Positions 35,473 through 48,556 of a stretch of DNA of 64,000 nucleotides are shown piece after piece. Numbering within the stretch: position 1 is the first letter of the stretch; the number at the start of each line of letters is the position of its first letter. Location of the stretch: the NCBI GenBank assembly GCA_051294905.1, contig CM119372.1:32738001-32802000 (forward strand), given 5' to 3'. The DNA is from Botryllus schlosseri. Taxonomy: Eukaryota. Below the pieces are notes generated by a model. That model made no database searches. It saw nothing but the letters and a program-made list of their open reading frames with translations, and was not told the origin of the DNA. Both the position numbers and the translations under genes were made by a program.

Positions 35473-36143
35473 CAGGGGTGGGCAAACTACGGCCCGCAGG
35501 CCGCATGCGGCCCTCCACACCGTTCTGTGCGGCCCGCGAGAGTCTAAAGAAACTTATTAAAAATATTGATAAAATGCGTACTAAAAATCTAATTAATGCT
35601 GGGACTTGGTTAAACTGTTTCTTAGTATATTTCACCATGATAATTCTTAGGTAGTGGTTGCCAAACTGGAGGCGCACTCCCCTTGGGGAGGTAAAAGCAT
35701 TTGAAGGTGGGCGCGAAGCTGAGCTCAAACGAAAACAATTTTCGCGCTTCGCACGATCTACATCCATTCATATTTGTTGCTCTGTATTTCTAGTCTGGAT
35801 TTCATATTTAAAAATCTCTCATCCACAGTCGTAACCTTCCATGCCACATAACTATCCGTTAGGTTTGCTAGCATCCTGGTTGCGTTTTGTGGTATGACGA
35901 TAAGGGTGTGCGAACTCTTTTACCCTCATAAGGGGGTGGGGTGGCGTGTCTTAAAAGTACGATATCATCAAAGCAATGTTTAGATTGTTTTAAATAAGCA
36001 AATATATTATCTCCTTGTCCTCACCATATAATCAAATACCAATGTTGCGTTTTGGTTTATAATGCCAGTTTTATATAGTGCGGCCCGCGAATGGATTCAG
36101 ACATTGAATGCGGCCCGCGAGCTCAAAAGTTTGCCCACCCCTG
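35473..36143. mobile_element. hAT MITE
   Basis: TIRs CAGGGGTGGGCAAACT / AGTTTGCCCACCCCTG; perfect TSD GTCTAGTG. Confidence 0.9.
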
Positions 36144-36174
36144 GTCTAGTGAGACGCGTTACTTCACCTAAACG

Positions 36175-36974
36175 CGTCTAGCGCGAACAATTCATGATTA
36201 AATCGGTCAATATGATCGGGAATTGTATAGATGTTGCTCTCAATTTTTTTATCCTCCCTACTCACGTAATCAGATTTCCCGGTAGATCTGAATGAGGTGT
36301 CTTGGAAACTGTAGGGCCCGTAAATAAACAATAAACATATTCAGGCGGAATAATAACTTTATTGTATGATATTGTTTCGTGAACTCCTGTCTGCTATGTC
36401 AAAGGATATTGAAATCGCTCAAACGTATAGCCTACTAAACTAAAAGAGGGACAGGATTTCCAATTGGTATTTCCTCACCGGCAATAAAATTTTCCTTGCT
36501 AGTTGGCATCTGTCTTGTCGGGTTCAGATTGCCAGAACAGGAACATTCGGAGCCAGCCTTTTAGGCGCCTATGGACATGGACAATAAAACATATAGGCCT
36601 ATGTATATATATCGAAGTTTTCGGTCGACATAAGGGCAGTTGTTTTCGGCCAAAGTTTTCTCGCCGCCGATCGTGCTGGCACACTTCTTGGAGTTGCATG
36701 TTACATGGCATAAAACTGTATATGTCCTTTGTGTGTCGTGCTGTGGTAATGGCCGACATACCCATCTGTACAAAACATCCCTATTTATTGTTGGTACCCG
36801 ATAACCCAGATATTCGGCAACATTCAGTCGCGCGCAGAGCGAAATTTTTTTATCAAGTTGCAAAATTTCCAAAAAACTCTATAATTTATGCTAATTTACG
36901 AAATAATCTTGGGCCTCCTTCGAGCTTGGGCTCCCCTCAATTGGGGGGTTTGGGGTGCGGCAGTTACGGTCCTG
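36175..36974. mobile_element. Family A, left-truncated copy
   Basis: Collinear with about 8325-9161; ends GCAGTTACGGTCCTG. Confidence 0.8.
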
Positions 36975-37015
36975 CATACACAAGATGAGCTACAGTTCCA
37001 TTGTTTTATCTACAT

Positions 37016-38631
37016 CAGGGGTGTCAAACTCAAATTACGTCGCGGGCCGGATTCAAACCTTCAAATCGCTCGCGGGCCACACCAGTCCACTGATTCCAAA
37101 ATTTTACCTCAAGTCTTCGCTTTTCACATTAATGCATTATTATTATGCATACATATATAATTATAATTCATCATCATCATAATCATTGGTTTACTAGCAA
37201 CTTTATCAGTTCAATGCACCACGAAAATGCGATACAATGAAAGGATAGGAAGGGGTCGAAGCGACTTGGAGTAGCCTAGTCTATGGAACCAGACACCCAC
37301 CTTGGCCTAGGCGATGTAAAGAGGAGGCATGCACAGTTGCGCACTGAATGAAAAGTAAAAGAAGATAATATAGAAATAGCAAACGACAAAAATGGGGTGG
37401 CATATCATGGAAGGCGAGATCGATAGGTCAGGTCGTGGTCCGGTAATCTTGAGAATGGACTAGTATTCATTTAGTAGTACTTGCTCGTATTTCGACTTGA
37501 ATGTGGACATGCTCGTCGACTGACGGAAGGCCGTCGGGATACTGTTCCACAGGTCCGGCATATTTTTTCGGTCTATCATATGATATTTGGACGACGTGGA
37601 CGCGCGTATGTTGTAGCCTACTCGTGAGCTTTTGATTCCGAGGTAAAGAAGTCATTGAAATATTTGGGGCAATGACCGCAGTGGAACTGAAACATAAACT
37701 TGGCGATTTCTAGTTTCCGCATATCTTCTATGTTTAGGACACCGAATCTCTTCAACAGCGACTTGTTGGATTGACAACCACGCCCCTTTGGGGCCCTAGC
37801 TATGATACGGAGTACGAAGAATGTTGTAGTTTTTTCAGTGGCTGGAGTGCAGTTTTACTGAACCGCAATACGACGTAATATGCTATTGCAATAGTAGGCC
37901 TATATATTACATTGCATCACGGTTCATAAGGGTTTTATTCTAGCAAATAGCAACACCTCGATTCGCGAACAATGGAATTGGTCAAAGTACGATATTTAGC
38001 CTGTTGAGTAGCAGTTATTAACCGCTAAACAGTGGCGGAAACGACGGTATGAGTCGGCATACTTCTTAGCTCCCTTAGCTTTGGTCCTAATCTTGGCCTT
38101 GTGAGGAATACAAGAGATTCAACTGTAAACGGAAACGTTGGACTTTGGTTGAAATCAGATTAATTTTTGTGTGGATTCCGGAAACCTTGTGAGTCGGAAG
38201 CGACACAGCAGAGCGACCACATATACTTGAATTATATCTTTGGAGTAACTATAGTGTATTCTCCATGTGCCCTTCATATTACGTCTCCGCTTTGGCGTTT
38301 TCAATTCTGTGAATAAGCACTTTTTGGTTTATTTTCCATAAAATTTAAATCAATGTTCACTTTTGAGCCTTATCGAAATTAGGTGCCAATGTATTCGACT
38401 TGTTCCTAGTGGCAACTAGAGTGACAACATCATCACCGCAGTTGGGTGGTTGTGGCCTACGAACATGCTCGACATTTGCTGTATTGAGGGATTATTTAAT
38501 GGAAGTATTTCCTCAAACATCTCAACATCAGTTACAGATGTGCTTGATAAGATACACATTTTTCAATCTACTCAGAATTGCTTCGCGGGCCGGATGAAAC
38601 CGTCTGGCGGGCCGTATGTTTGACACCCATG
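37016..38631. mobile_element. hAT MITE containing a decayed LINE 3' fragment
   Basis: TIRs CAGGGGTGTCAAAC / GTTTGACACCCATG; perfect TSD ATCTACAT; minus strand at about 37680-37765 reads SLLKRFGVLNIEDMRKLEIAKFMFQFH, like the post-RT tail of CR1/L2-group LINEs. Confidence 0.8.
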
Positions 38632-40606
38632 ATCTACATTTTTGATTATACAGAATTGGATATATGTCATGTTTGACTGATTCATGCATATTAGGGTTTT
38701 AGAGAGTCCATGTTATAAAAACTCATAAAATATGAAAAAGGAAGGATATGTAGCAATGCACTCTTACATGTTGATTGCATGGTAAATAATTCGAGCTGTA
38801 CCAACAATGAATCAAGTTTGCATGCCATCGTTAATTATATGTTTGCATAACTTTATTGGTTACATGATAGTCATTTAACAGTTATTGTGGCATATAATTT
38901 TTGAAGTAATTTGGTAATACTGTTGGAGTCGGTATATTGAAAATGTGTGGAGTCGGTATAATGAAAATGTCTGGAGTTGAAGTCGGTTTAAAAATTTACC
39001 GACTCCACAGCCCTGTATGTTATGTTGAAAAGCATTAGAAGAAACGATCTTCTTTGAGAGTGGTAGACACAGTGGTTCTTAAATACGATTCACAAGACAC
39101 AATGCGATGTACTAGTACTGGTACAACCTGACATGAATCAAACGCTGCGTTTACTCCAGGATGGGCATTCCACAAAAATTAGAGCCTTCACGCACCCAAT
39201 TCGTAAAATTCGGGAGCAGCTCCGCCATTCCTAACAAATGATAGATAGATAGATAGATAATTGTATTTCGTGTGTAGCAATTTACGCTTTATACACTGTC
39301 TGACTAGGATGATGTAAGCGTTATTTGGCACATTCATAATATGCGCCAGGTTTTCACGACAAATTCGTAGATTTCGGCATCTAGCAATGGTTCAGATAAA
39401 ATGTCAAATGACACTCGTGTTGCAGATCCCTTACGCCAGAATAACATGTCTACTTGCCACTTTGATTAATAATTAAATCAGTTGCAGACACACATTTATC
39501 CAATTACGTCGTGGCGGTGTTTATTATCCTTTCTATGGTTTGTCTCAATGCTGTCTGCCACACATAGTTGCAACCGCAGTGAGAGGTTCTATGGCGCGGA
39601 GGAGTGATAGGTGCTACGTGCGGGCTGTATTAGTAAATTGCCAGCAGTTGTACTTGGGTAAAATCTATGTTGTGTTATCATATATTAACAACTCAACGTA
39701 GCATAACGTGGAAGGTGTGGGGGCATTAATACACCTATGGAATCACTCCAGACTATATCGCGGCATCGGCTATTGGTAGCCTGAATGATGGAGATTTGAG
39801 ACTGACAAGTTAGTTGGCGACCAACGAGTAGATGAGTTGAAGTATAGCGAAGTGTCCTATACTTGAATGGTATATTCGCAAGTCGGTTCGCAGATCGAAT
39901 CATCTGCATTGTGCAAATTTTCTTTGAAACTCGTCATCAGACTTATCAAAATATGAAGCTTGGTGGTCGATATGGGCTACTAATCGTATATGGGCTACTT
40001 ATCGTAATCGTATACTACGCCAGTTTCCACCCATAGATTTTTCAGAGCTACAAGTATAGTTCAAATTATCCTGTTTCCATCATGGAGTAGGACGCAAATA
40101 CGTAAATTAGATGAACAGCGTTCTACGGTACCAAATATTGCTTTCACACCCATTCCAATGTGTTAAAACGAGTCAAATCCACCAATTCTTATGGAGATAT
40201 GCTGCGGATGCGGAGTAGGTTGGGTTGTGGCGTACCACCACAGAAATGCGCAGGAAATGGTACTCTCAAACGTAAATCGCTACACACGTATCTGGGAAAT
40301 ATCTATTTTTCACGGTTTCCCCGATTTAAATAGTTGTGAAAGCCGGAATCCAGTACGAGAATGTGCCGGTGCCGACGGCCTCGTTTTGCATTCTACGCTT
40401 TGATGTAAATCTGGCAAATACACGCTATTTTTTCCACTCGCTCATTTACAGCGTTTCAACTTCCGCTGGCTTAAATAGCGCTAGGATATTATATCTTATA
40501 CTTCCGATTACCCACGAAGTGAAGCCTGCAATGATCTTAACAGCACACCCACGTCTAGTTTCAGTCTGTTGTGGATCCCTGAATGAATAGTTACCCATAC
40601 TAAACA

Positions 40607-40931
40607 ATGCTTTTCGAGCTATGCACATGGTCGCAATACGAAATGCTGCGCACCGTAGAGCTCATGATTGAGTACGCCTGCGGCACTAGAGAGTTTCTTC
40701 ACTATGATGTAGTACCTTTGACTGTTACCGGGTCCGAAGGAGGGTGCATACCCAATAAACTGTGTAAATACGAAGAACGCTCCTGTTATTCGTGTGGTTT
40801 ACCTTATGTCAAAGATGATGAAAGAAAACCCATACGAGACATCACGCCTGTATATCGTTTCGTTGCTGCCAAACTAGGACTGATACCGTTCAGACAACCT
40901 ACTAGAATGAGAGAAGTGGCCGGATTTGAAG
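40607..40931 (+). CDS. Divergent Mu-class-like glutathione S-transferase, exon 1
   Basis: Aligns by eye to the GST-Mu N-domain (LMIEY, GLPYVKD, YRFVAAKLGL); donor GAAG|GTAAC, phase 1. Confidence 0.75.
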
Positions 40932-41806
40932 GTAACAAGTAATTTTCAATTGTTCAAGAGGTTATGTACTTCAAATCCTATCCTCGCTGTACAGGTGTTC
41001 AGGACCTGGTTAATAGGCGTCGCTTGTCAATTTATGTTTGTTCATTGATGATTGAATTGCAAATTAATTGCTGCATAACAATGAACTTGTACGGAAACGT
41101 TGACGACGACTTCCAAATTGAATGCGTCTTGTACGATCTCGAATGACATGACCACGTCTCAATATATCTGCTTTTAGTGTGCAAACAGTAGATTTACGGA
41201 TTTCAATAGTGCATGTCACCCCCTTTTATTCAACGCCGCAATCGACCGGTTTGTAGTTATCGTACTTGCAGGTTCTTGGTTGCAGGTTGTGAACGCCCCC
41301 CCAGTGAATGGCTGGTTTATGGCCTACCTTCATCATATTGGTTGGTGTTTGCAATGACAAAGGTAATAATTTGAATACGAGGTTATAAAACGTGGCACTC
41401 GCATTTGATAGTAGAGTGAGTAGAAGTAACAGGAACGCCCTGACTTTCTACTCGGTAGAAGTAAAAACTACCAAGTCAGCATTCTGGTCTGATCTTACCT
41501 AATAAGCTGAACTATTTTGAGTAGAAGTCGATGTAAGCCTAGTCTTGAATCGTAACCAATTGAGTGTTGTAGTCTCAAATCGTAAACAAATGAGTAAGTA
41601 GTTCAAGTGGAAACGGTGATCTTGTTCAACTGGTTAGCCGGCAACGTTGAATATCCCAATATCTCGAGCCGAATCCGTTCTATTTCAGACTGTACGGAAA
41701 GAAGTGATGCTTCCATGCACATTTCAAAGTTGATTATCGAATCAGCTAATGATCGCCAAAGAGTATGTGCCAAATTCGGTAAACCAACCTATTTTGTTAT
41801 CTTCAG

Positions 41807-42159
41807 ATATCTTTAAAAAGGCTCGAGCCGACTTCTATGCAAAAAAAGGCCAAGATGTCCTGAGTCGTAATTTTGGCCCGGTCAATGATCATTTACATTC
41901 GCATTATTATCTGGGTTCCAGCATTCCTAACTACGTCGATTTCATCCTTTTCAATTTGATGGAGCTACATGAACGTAAGCATCCAGGCTTCATCAGTAAA
42001 CTTCAATATATAAGGCGTCACTACAATAACATGAAAGATCTGCCAAAAGTGAAAGATTACCTTCCGCGGTATGGAATTGGGGAAGATGCACCAAAAAGGG
42101 GTTACGTTCTCAAAGCGTATCGCGGTCTACGCACTCCGCACGACTGTGTGAAAATGTGA
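41807..42159 (+). CDS. Divergent Mu-class-like glutathione S-transferase, exon 2
   Basis: TTATCTTCAG acceptor, phase 1; YYLGSSIPNYVDFILFNLMELH...LPKVKDYL is the GST C-domain; joined CDS 678 nt (225 aa). Confidence 0.78.
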
Positions 42160-44592
42160 TCAGTTGTGCTGTTAACTTGAACGGGATGTTGTGTTGACTT
42201 TGAACCTTCCTTCGAGTGTTCATTAAATCGCTTCATATTGCCTTTGTCGCCTGTCGCCAGTAAACCGATCACTAATAGCATTCCATTGTTTAATGATATT
42301 GCTTTAGCAGTGATGTGCAGCGAGGTTCATGGTTGGTAAGGTAAGGCACTCAACAGTTTGAGTCTGGATTCAAAAATATATAAACCCAAAATGATAGCCG
42401 ACTGCGTCGAGGACTTTTCTCATGACGTTCGCACTCTTCTCGTGCAGGCTACGTACAAGAATCTACTATAATGTTCAGTGTTCACGATTGAATTGATGTG
42501 GATGGAAATAGCAACAGCTACATCGGTAAGGGAATGATTTTCACTACACTACGTGTTGGCAGTAGCAACTATATAGTATACACGATTCATTACTGCCCGT
42601 TCGAGAAATCGATAGCGCATTGTATCATTGCGCTCTGAGCGCATTGTATCATAGCGCTGTGATTGTGTTGTTAACCAACAATGAGTGAGGTATGTATATT
42701 CATCTGTGCCTCACTTGGTCATTGTTTCCCTGCGCTGTCACTGTACGTAAAAAAGCCAAATTTCTCATACATTTGTGGTATGAGCGGGCCCAGTCCTACT
42801 CCGTTCCCGTTTCTACAATGGAATCTGGCTCTGATCCAACTCCGGCCATATCAGAACAAGTTTAAATGCGGATCCTATATCGACTCTGGTATTGAAAGTC
42901 AGCTATATGGTTAATAAACTTCCAATTTTGGCAAAGAATGCGTTGATATAACCAAATCGATTCCACTTTCAAACTTGTCTAAGGTCAGCAAATGCGGTCC
43001 GGCTTGGTGCCAAATTATGGTACTTTGATTTATCGCTGGTATTACGTCTTTACGTCCTTCACTTGCGACCTCCGTTCAAATAAACTTTTGTTCGAATAAA
43101 CTTTTGATAACCAGGACACCTCAACTTCCTGTAGATTAATCAGATGAAGGCAGTTCTTCCACTTCTCGTCAGTGCGGCTAACCATTGGTTTGGTTCCCGG
43201 GGTTAACTAAAAGCTTCACAACATTTCAGTATGTTTTTGAATAAAGGGGCTATGTCTACCATAGGCCTATAGATTACCTTCATTGCGCCACAAACTATAT
43301 TACGGTAAAGAAAAAACCATTCACATAATTCGTTCAAAGTGCATCTAGAATTGGCCGACCAGTAATTCCAAGATACCGATGCGCGTATATGCGGGATATA
43401 ATTGAAGAGAGATTATAGCAATCGCACATTGTTGTCTTCTGCCTTTTCAATGAATACGTTCACGTGATAAAAGTCCAAACATGAAATGGAGTGAACAAAA
43501 TCGGACTGCATTAAGGTGAAAGTATGATTGCAAAACCCCTGACTACCTTCTTATTCAAAGCAATGCACAGCCCCGCAGTTTATGTGTCAAAGGTTCATAC
43601 GAAAATTCAAGGTTATCGAAGCACTGCTCGTGGTATTTGATGAAGTTATCGAATAACTGGAACCATGGGATCGGAATAGGAAAGATACGCTATCGTTGAA
43701 ATTTCATTAGGAAAACAATTTTCACGGGTGGCATTTAGCAAAATTTGAGATCTCGCGTAATAAATAAAATAAAAATACTGGATTGATTGTTTAGGTCGTG
43801 TATTTCAAGAAATTCCATATCATGATTTATTATTCCATATATTTAAAAAAATTTGTATTGACATGTATTCGACATATACATATAATATTATTGTCGAGAA
43901 GTCGGGAATATGGGTGAGATTATTTCTATCTTGCTGCCAGAGAGACAGATATTCGAAAAAAACAAAGTGATTGAGGTGAGGCGGAGTCGTTGGAGAGCAA
44001 ACTGCGACGTTGATAACAGCTTGGTTATACATATATTTACATACTATACTTGGTTAAGAGCAGCGTTCAAAGTCAAGTTTACTTGGAAAGTTCCGAAAAG
44101 TACAACGGAACGCCAATTTGACCAATTGCAATAGATACGGCATGTATGTAAATTTTCGCAGAGTCGCAAAAACAAAAATCTACCACATTACACATCTAAC
44201 TACAAGTTTCATACATTATATAAATCAAAGGTGGCCAACCTTTGTGCCATTCACGGCCGCATTTCGACTGCTCATGTAGCTTCACGGCCGCATTCCACGA
44301 TATAGTCGTAATGATCTAGCTGCACGCCGAGTACTCATGTTAAACTATCTTTGTCAATTTCCGGGGCACTCCGGACTAATCTATTTAATGATATAGGCAT
44401 AATACACGCACCAAAATCGCGAGTGGTCACTGGCCATGTCCTCGGGCTGTTCATAGTCGCGCGAAGCGCGAAAAACTTTTCAGATTCACTGATGCATTTC
44501 GTCATTAATATTATTAGTTTTGCATAATACTATCAAACATTTATCCTTTCTCAGTCCATGTGATCAGATTCAAAGGTAGAGTTGATGTAGAG

Positions 44593-46633
44593 CAGTGGTT
44601 CTCAACCTTTTTCACCTCGCGGACCGGTAAAATTTCAAAAAATATCTGGCTGACCGGTAGAGCTTCAAAAATTGAAATCAACCCAAAATGTTAAGTATGA
44701 ACCGTTTTTTTGCACGTATGGTACTAGAAAATGACATTTTGAGGGTTTGGTCCATGATAGTACTCATGTGATTTTACTGTAGCTAGTCAGCTGAGACGAG
44801 GTAAATTCTTATTACAGTCATTCGCGATGAACGCCGTGGATTAACTGACTATCTGCCACTTCTATAATATTCTTCTGTTCGGCGATATCTGTAAGAAGCG
44901 GTTCGGAGTCGGACCATGCCAGTGTTGGGATGGCTCGAGTGATGACTAGACTCGAGTCAACGTTTTCAAATGACTTGACTGGACTCGGTGTCTCAAAAAT
45001 GTGGATTTACTCGTGACTTTAAGCAAAATTTCCGAGTGAATTTCAAGTCATGAAATAATCGGTGTCGACTAACTCGCTGTTGTACTTCGCCCCCCCCCCG
45101 TAGGGTATTAAATCAAACTTCTGGGGGTTTTTACCCACCATACCCCTCTCAATTTATACGTTTCCAGCGCTACTTGTCAGCGACTTTTCTTAGAATCATC
45201 AGTGAATCTGTTTATGTGGGTCCCGCCTAGTGCAAAAATTTTCATGTAATTAAAGACACTATCGATCAATAATATCGGGAAATGCATATATATTGCTACA
45301 ATAAAATTTATCTATCCCCTCTCTGCCGACGTAGTCAGATTCACTGATGGAGCTGAGTGAGGTTTTGTGATGGAAAATGTAGGCGTCGTGGCGCAGTAAT
45401 GGACGCCGTCAAAATAGCTATTTCTATAAATCATGCGTATTTTGTCTTGGGGGAATAATACCATATAACGGAGATAAACGGCAATATTAAATAGCGCGAA
45501 ACGCGGAAAAAATTGTATAAAGTTGCATAAATTTTCAAAAAATACTTCAATTCATGTCCATTCACGAAATAATGTCAGGCCCCCATCGAGCTCCGCCTCG
45601 CCTAATTTGGGATTTGGGGTGCGTCAGTTACGGTCCTGCGTACATGCTCTCGACACGCTGATATGATATGTGAGCAACCAGCCATTAAACTATTGCGCAA
45701 CTTGGTTTTACTTAGCCTCCGTCGGCAAGTCACAAATAATGATTGCAAACGTAGAGATTAGAGCTTTCGTTGTTGTTGACTAGTAGTATTCTATCTGTAG
45801 CAGTGTCTTTCTGCTCAGTACTTATCTTTACGAACCTGGTATATTTGTTTATACATTTATAATACTCCTCAACAATTGTTTCAGGCTTCAATTGTATCGT
45901 ATGGATATATCGTTGAATTGTGTATGGGATCATAATCAATTTGTTTCAACTTCTGAAGTTACCAACGTGGCCGAATATTTCTGCGCATACGTGAGCCAAT
46001 CAAGGCCCGGTTGTATGTATAATTACCTGGATATTCGTTACTCGATTCATCGTAAATCAATGTGTACTTCAATCACCTTGCGCAATGCAACGGCTTGAAT
46101 CATGCCTCGAACTTCGAAAATTCGACGTGACTTTGTGACTTGACTCGAGTCACCTTCAAAAATCGAGTGTCTTTGACTTGACTCGTACCAGTTAGAGTAG
46201 TGGTTCGAACTGAGTGGTGACCCGAAGTTAGGGACTTGATCCCAACACTGGACCAAGCGCGTTGTTGTTCTACCTTGCTCATTTCTCACCACCACCAGAG
46301 GTACTGTGAGTGCAATACGCCGCACGAAAATACCTGACAGCCGCGATACGGGCTTATCCATAAAATTAATGAAGTTGAAAAGGAATGATTGTGAAAACTG
46401 CGTGGTTTAGAGAGTCAACTCGTACTGGTCTCTCGCATGTCGACAAAGGAGAAGGCTTGAACTTCAAGTTATATCGAACATTTTTCCAGGCCTAATGTTA
46501 CCTCACGAAGTTCTGAATATGGTAAGGTTTCATTTATTTCAGCAATTGACAAGCCTTCAGCATTTTGCATCTTGGAATTAAGGTATTAGATTTTAAAATA
46601 CCTGGCGGACCGGCAGAAAAGTCAGAACGACTG
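44593..46633. mobile_element. hAT (Charlie-like) element hosting two further nested elements
   Basis: Left TIR CAGTGGTTCTC, degenerate right end GAACGACTG; perfect TSD ATGTAGAG. Confidence 0.8.
44920..46250. mobile_element. GAGTC-array MITE with nested family A copy (about 45075-45638)
   Basis: TIRs CAGTGTTGGGAT / ATCCCAACACTG; TSD GACCATGC / GACCAAGC; homologous to about 25975-27095. Confidence 0.85.
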
Positions 46634-48110
46634 ATGTAGAGGATGTTTTAGAAAATTTGAAGAAACGTCCTCCCTTCGCCAAAAGGTCCTCCGTTTTGAC
46701 AATTTGTCATCCTTTTTAGTCTAAAATGCCCAAATGGACCGCGAAAGTCCTTAAGTTAAGTCTAAAAGATAGACGACGGGTTATGTGGGAGTGATATCTG
46801 AAGAATATCCTTTTTTGGTGACCCTTTAATATGTAATTTGAATTTTTGTCTCGACATCAAGGAAACCCCTGAAACTGCTGACTCATTCTCCTTCAATGAA
46901 CTACCAGTAGGCAACCTGTTGGGGACAAGAAATAAGGCATAGCCATAGTTTTCATACTCATACAAGCACATAACATCCACCTACTGGACTACGTGACTAC
47001 CACAGAATTGTTGACACGGCAAGGGTTGGGGACACCGATTCAAGTACTCGAATCTGAATGGAGTGTCAATGCCAGTGGTTCGAGACGAGCAATGAGAGAT
47101 GTACTTTTCGAGCTTACGCTTCTTGCCATTGTAGTCTGAATAATGTTTTCCCCTGGATAAGGCCTGGTTAGTGGAAATGACATTTCCTGATGAGTAGTGA
47201 TCACTGCACAACATTGTCACAAAGTGAAATGACATAGGTTTGACAAAAGACACCAAATAATCTTTAATGTGATATATAACTGGCATTACATTCTATTCAG
47301 TAGTTCCGAACGTAAGCGATATCAAAAATGTTGGAACGTCCAGGGAGATATATTTAATTAACACGGTCAAAGAATGCACGTGAAGACGGCTTATTCTGCA
47401 TATAAACTCAATGGAAAGTAGACGCGGAAAACGGTTTTCTGAGCACCTAACACCTCGGAAAATGGCATTTTTCAAATAAATTTACCGGCGATCAGAGTTA
47501 GGTCAATAAATTTTCGCAGAGTCGCTAAAACAAAAATCTACCACATAACAAATCTAACTACAAGTTTCATACATTATTTAAATCAGGGGTGGCCAACCTT
47601 TTTGCCACTCCACCGCGTGTTACGGGCACCGGCCTTAATTTATCTTAATAGATAACGGTACAGTTTATAATCGTATGCTTCAGCTTGACACATGTGCATT
47701 TAAAGAGAGAAATGAAGGTAAAAAGATCACTTTTCGTTTTTATCAAAAATTCATAAATGTAATATTGTACCCCCAAGGGGTCCGTGGACCCCGGGTTGGG
47801 GAACACCACTCTACGTACACGATTTTGCCCGGCCCGAGTAACGATGAAATTATTGAGTATATAGCTAAAACTTGTGATGTTATGACCAGTGACGTTCGAA
47901 AATATGCCACTTCTATATTGCCAATAATAATTTGATACCTCTCACTTTTCCTTGTTCAGCTTTTGCCCACTGTAAAACTAAAAAGCATCGGATTATGTAT
48001 ACAAATATAAAAATAATTCATAGCGATTACCTTGAACATTTGCAAATGTGTGACAACGATTACTTGAGAATGTTGTAACCGTCGTAATCGTGAAAAAATA
48101 TAGCTAACAT

Positions 48111-48556
48111 TATGGTTACAATACGCCCTCCTTTAGGAAGATTTGTCCTGCTTTTTCAGGTTTTTGAAAATGTCCTCTGAGGACGCCTAAATGTCCTTCT
48201 TTTTGGCAATTCGACCTTCTTTAAGCTTTTAGAGCTAAGATGGGGAATAGATTCGAGCTAAAATGGGCATAAATGACGCTAAATAGGAAATTCGTGGTTC
48301 GAACGAAAGTGACGACCTTTTTTTAGTCAACCAATGTAAAGTGTGAAGGAAAAACTGTAGCCTATTTTCTGAGTTGAGTATTTTAGTCAACCAACGGACA
48401 ATGTGAAAGAGAAAGGGTATTTTGGTAGTTGAGCTGGAAAGTTGACCTTTGTTTTTGTCAACCGACCGGGTTTTTCAGGATTTTCCTTCGGTATTCCAAG
48501 TTTGAAAATTTTGAAAAAGTGTCCTCCTTTCCCGATTCCAAAATATGGTAACCCTA
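48111..48556. mobile_element. hAT MITE family E
   Basis: Ends TATGGTTACAATA / TATGGTAACCCTA; TSD GCTAACAT / GCTAATAT; collinear with 21057-21402. Confidence 0.85.

Noticed and set aside
41689..41778. Extra GST exon
   Set aside because: The in-phase option needs a 28-nt intron and the GTATGT donor is out of phase; the direct splice to 41807 gives a coherent protein.
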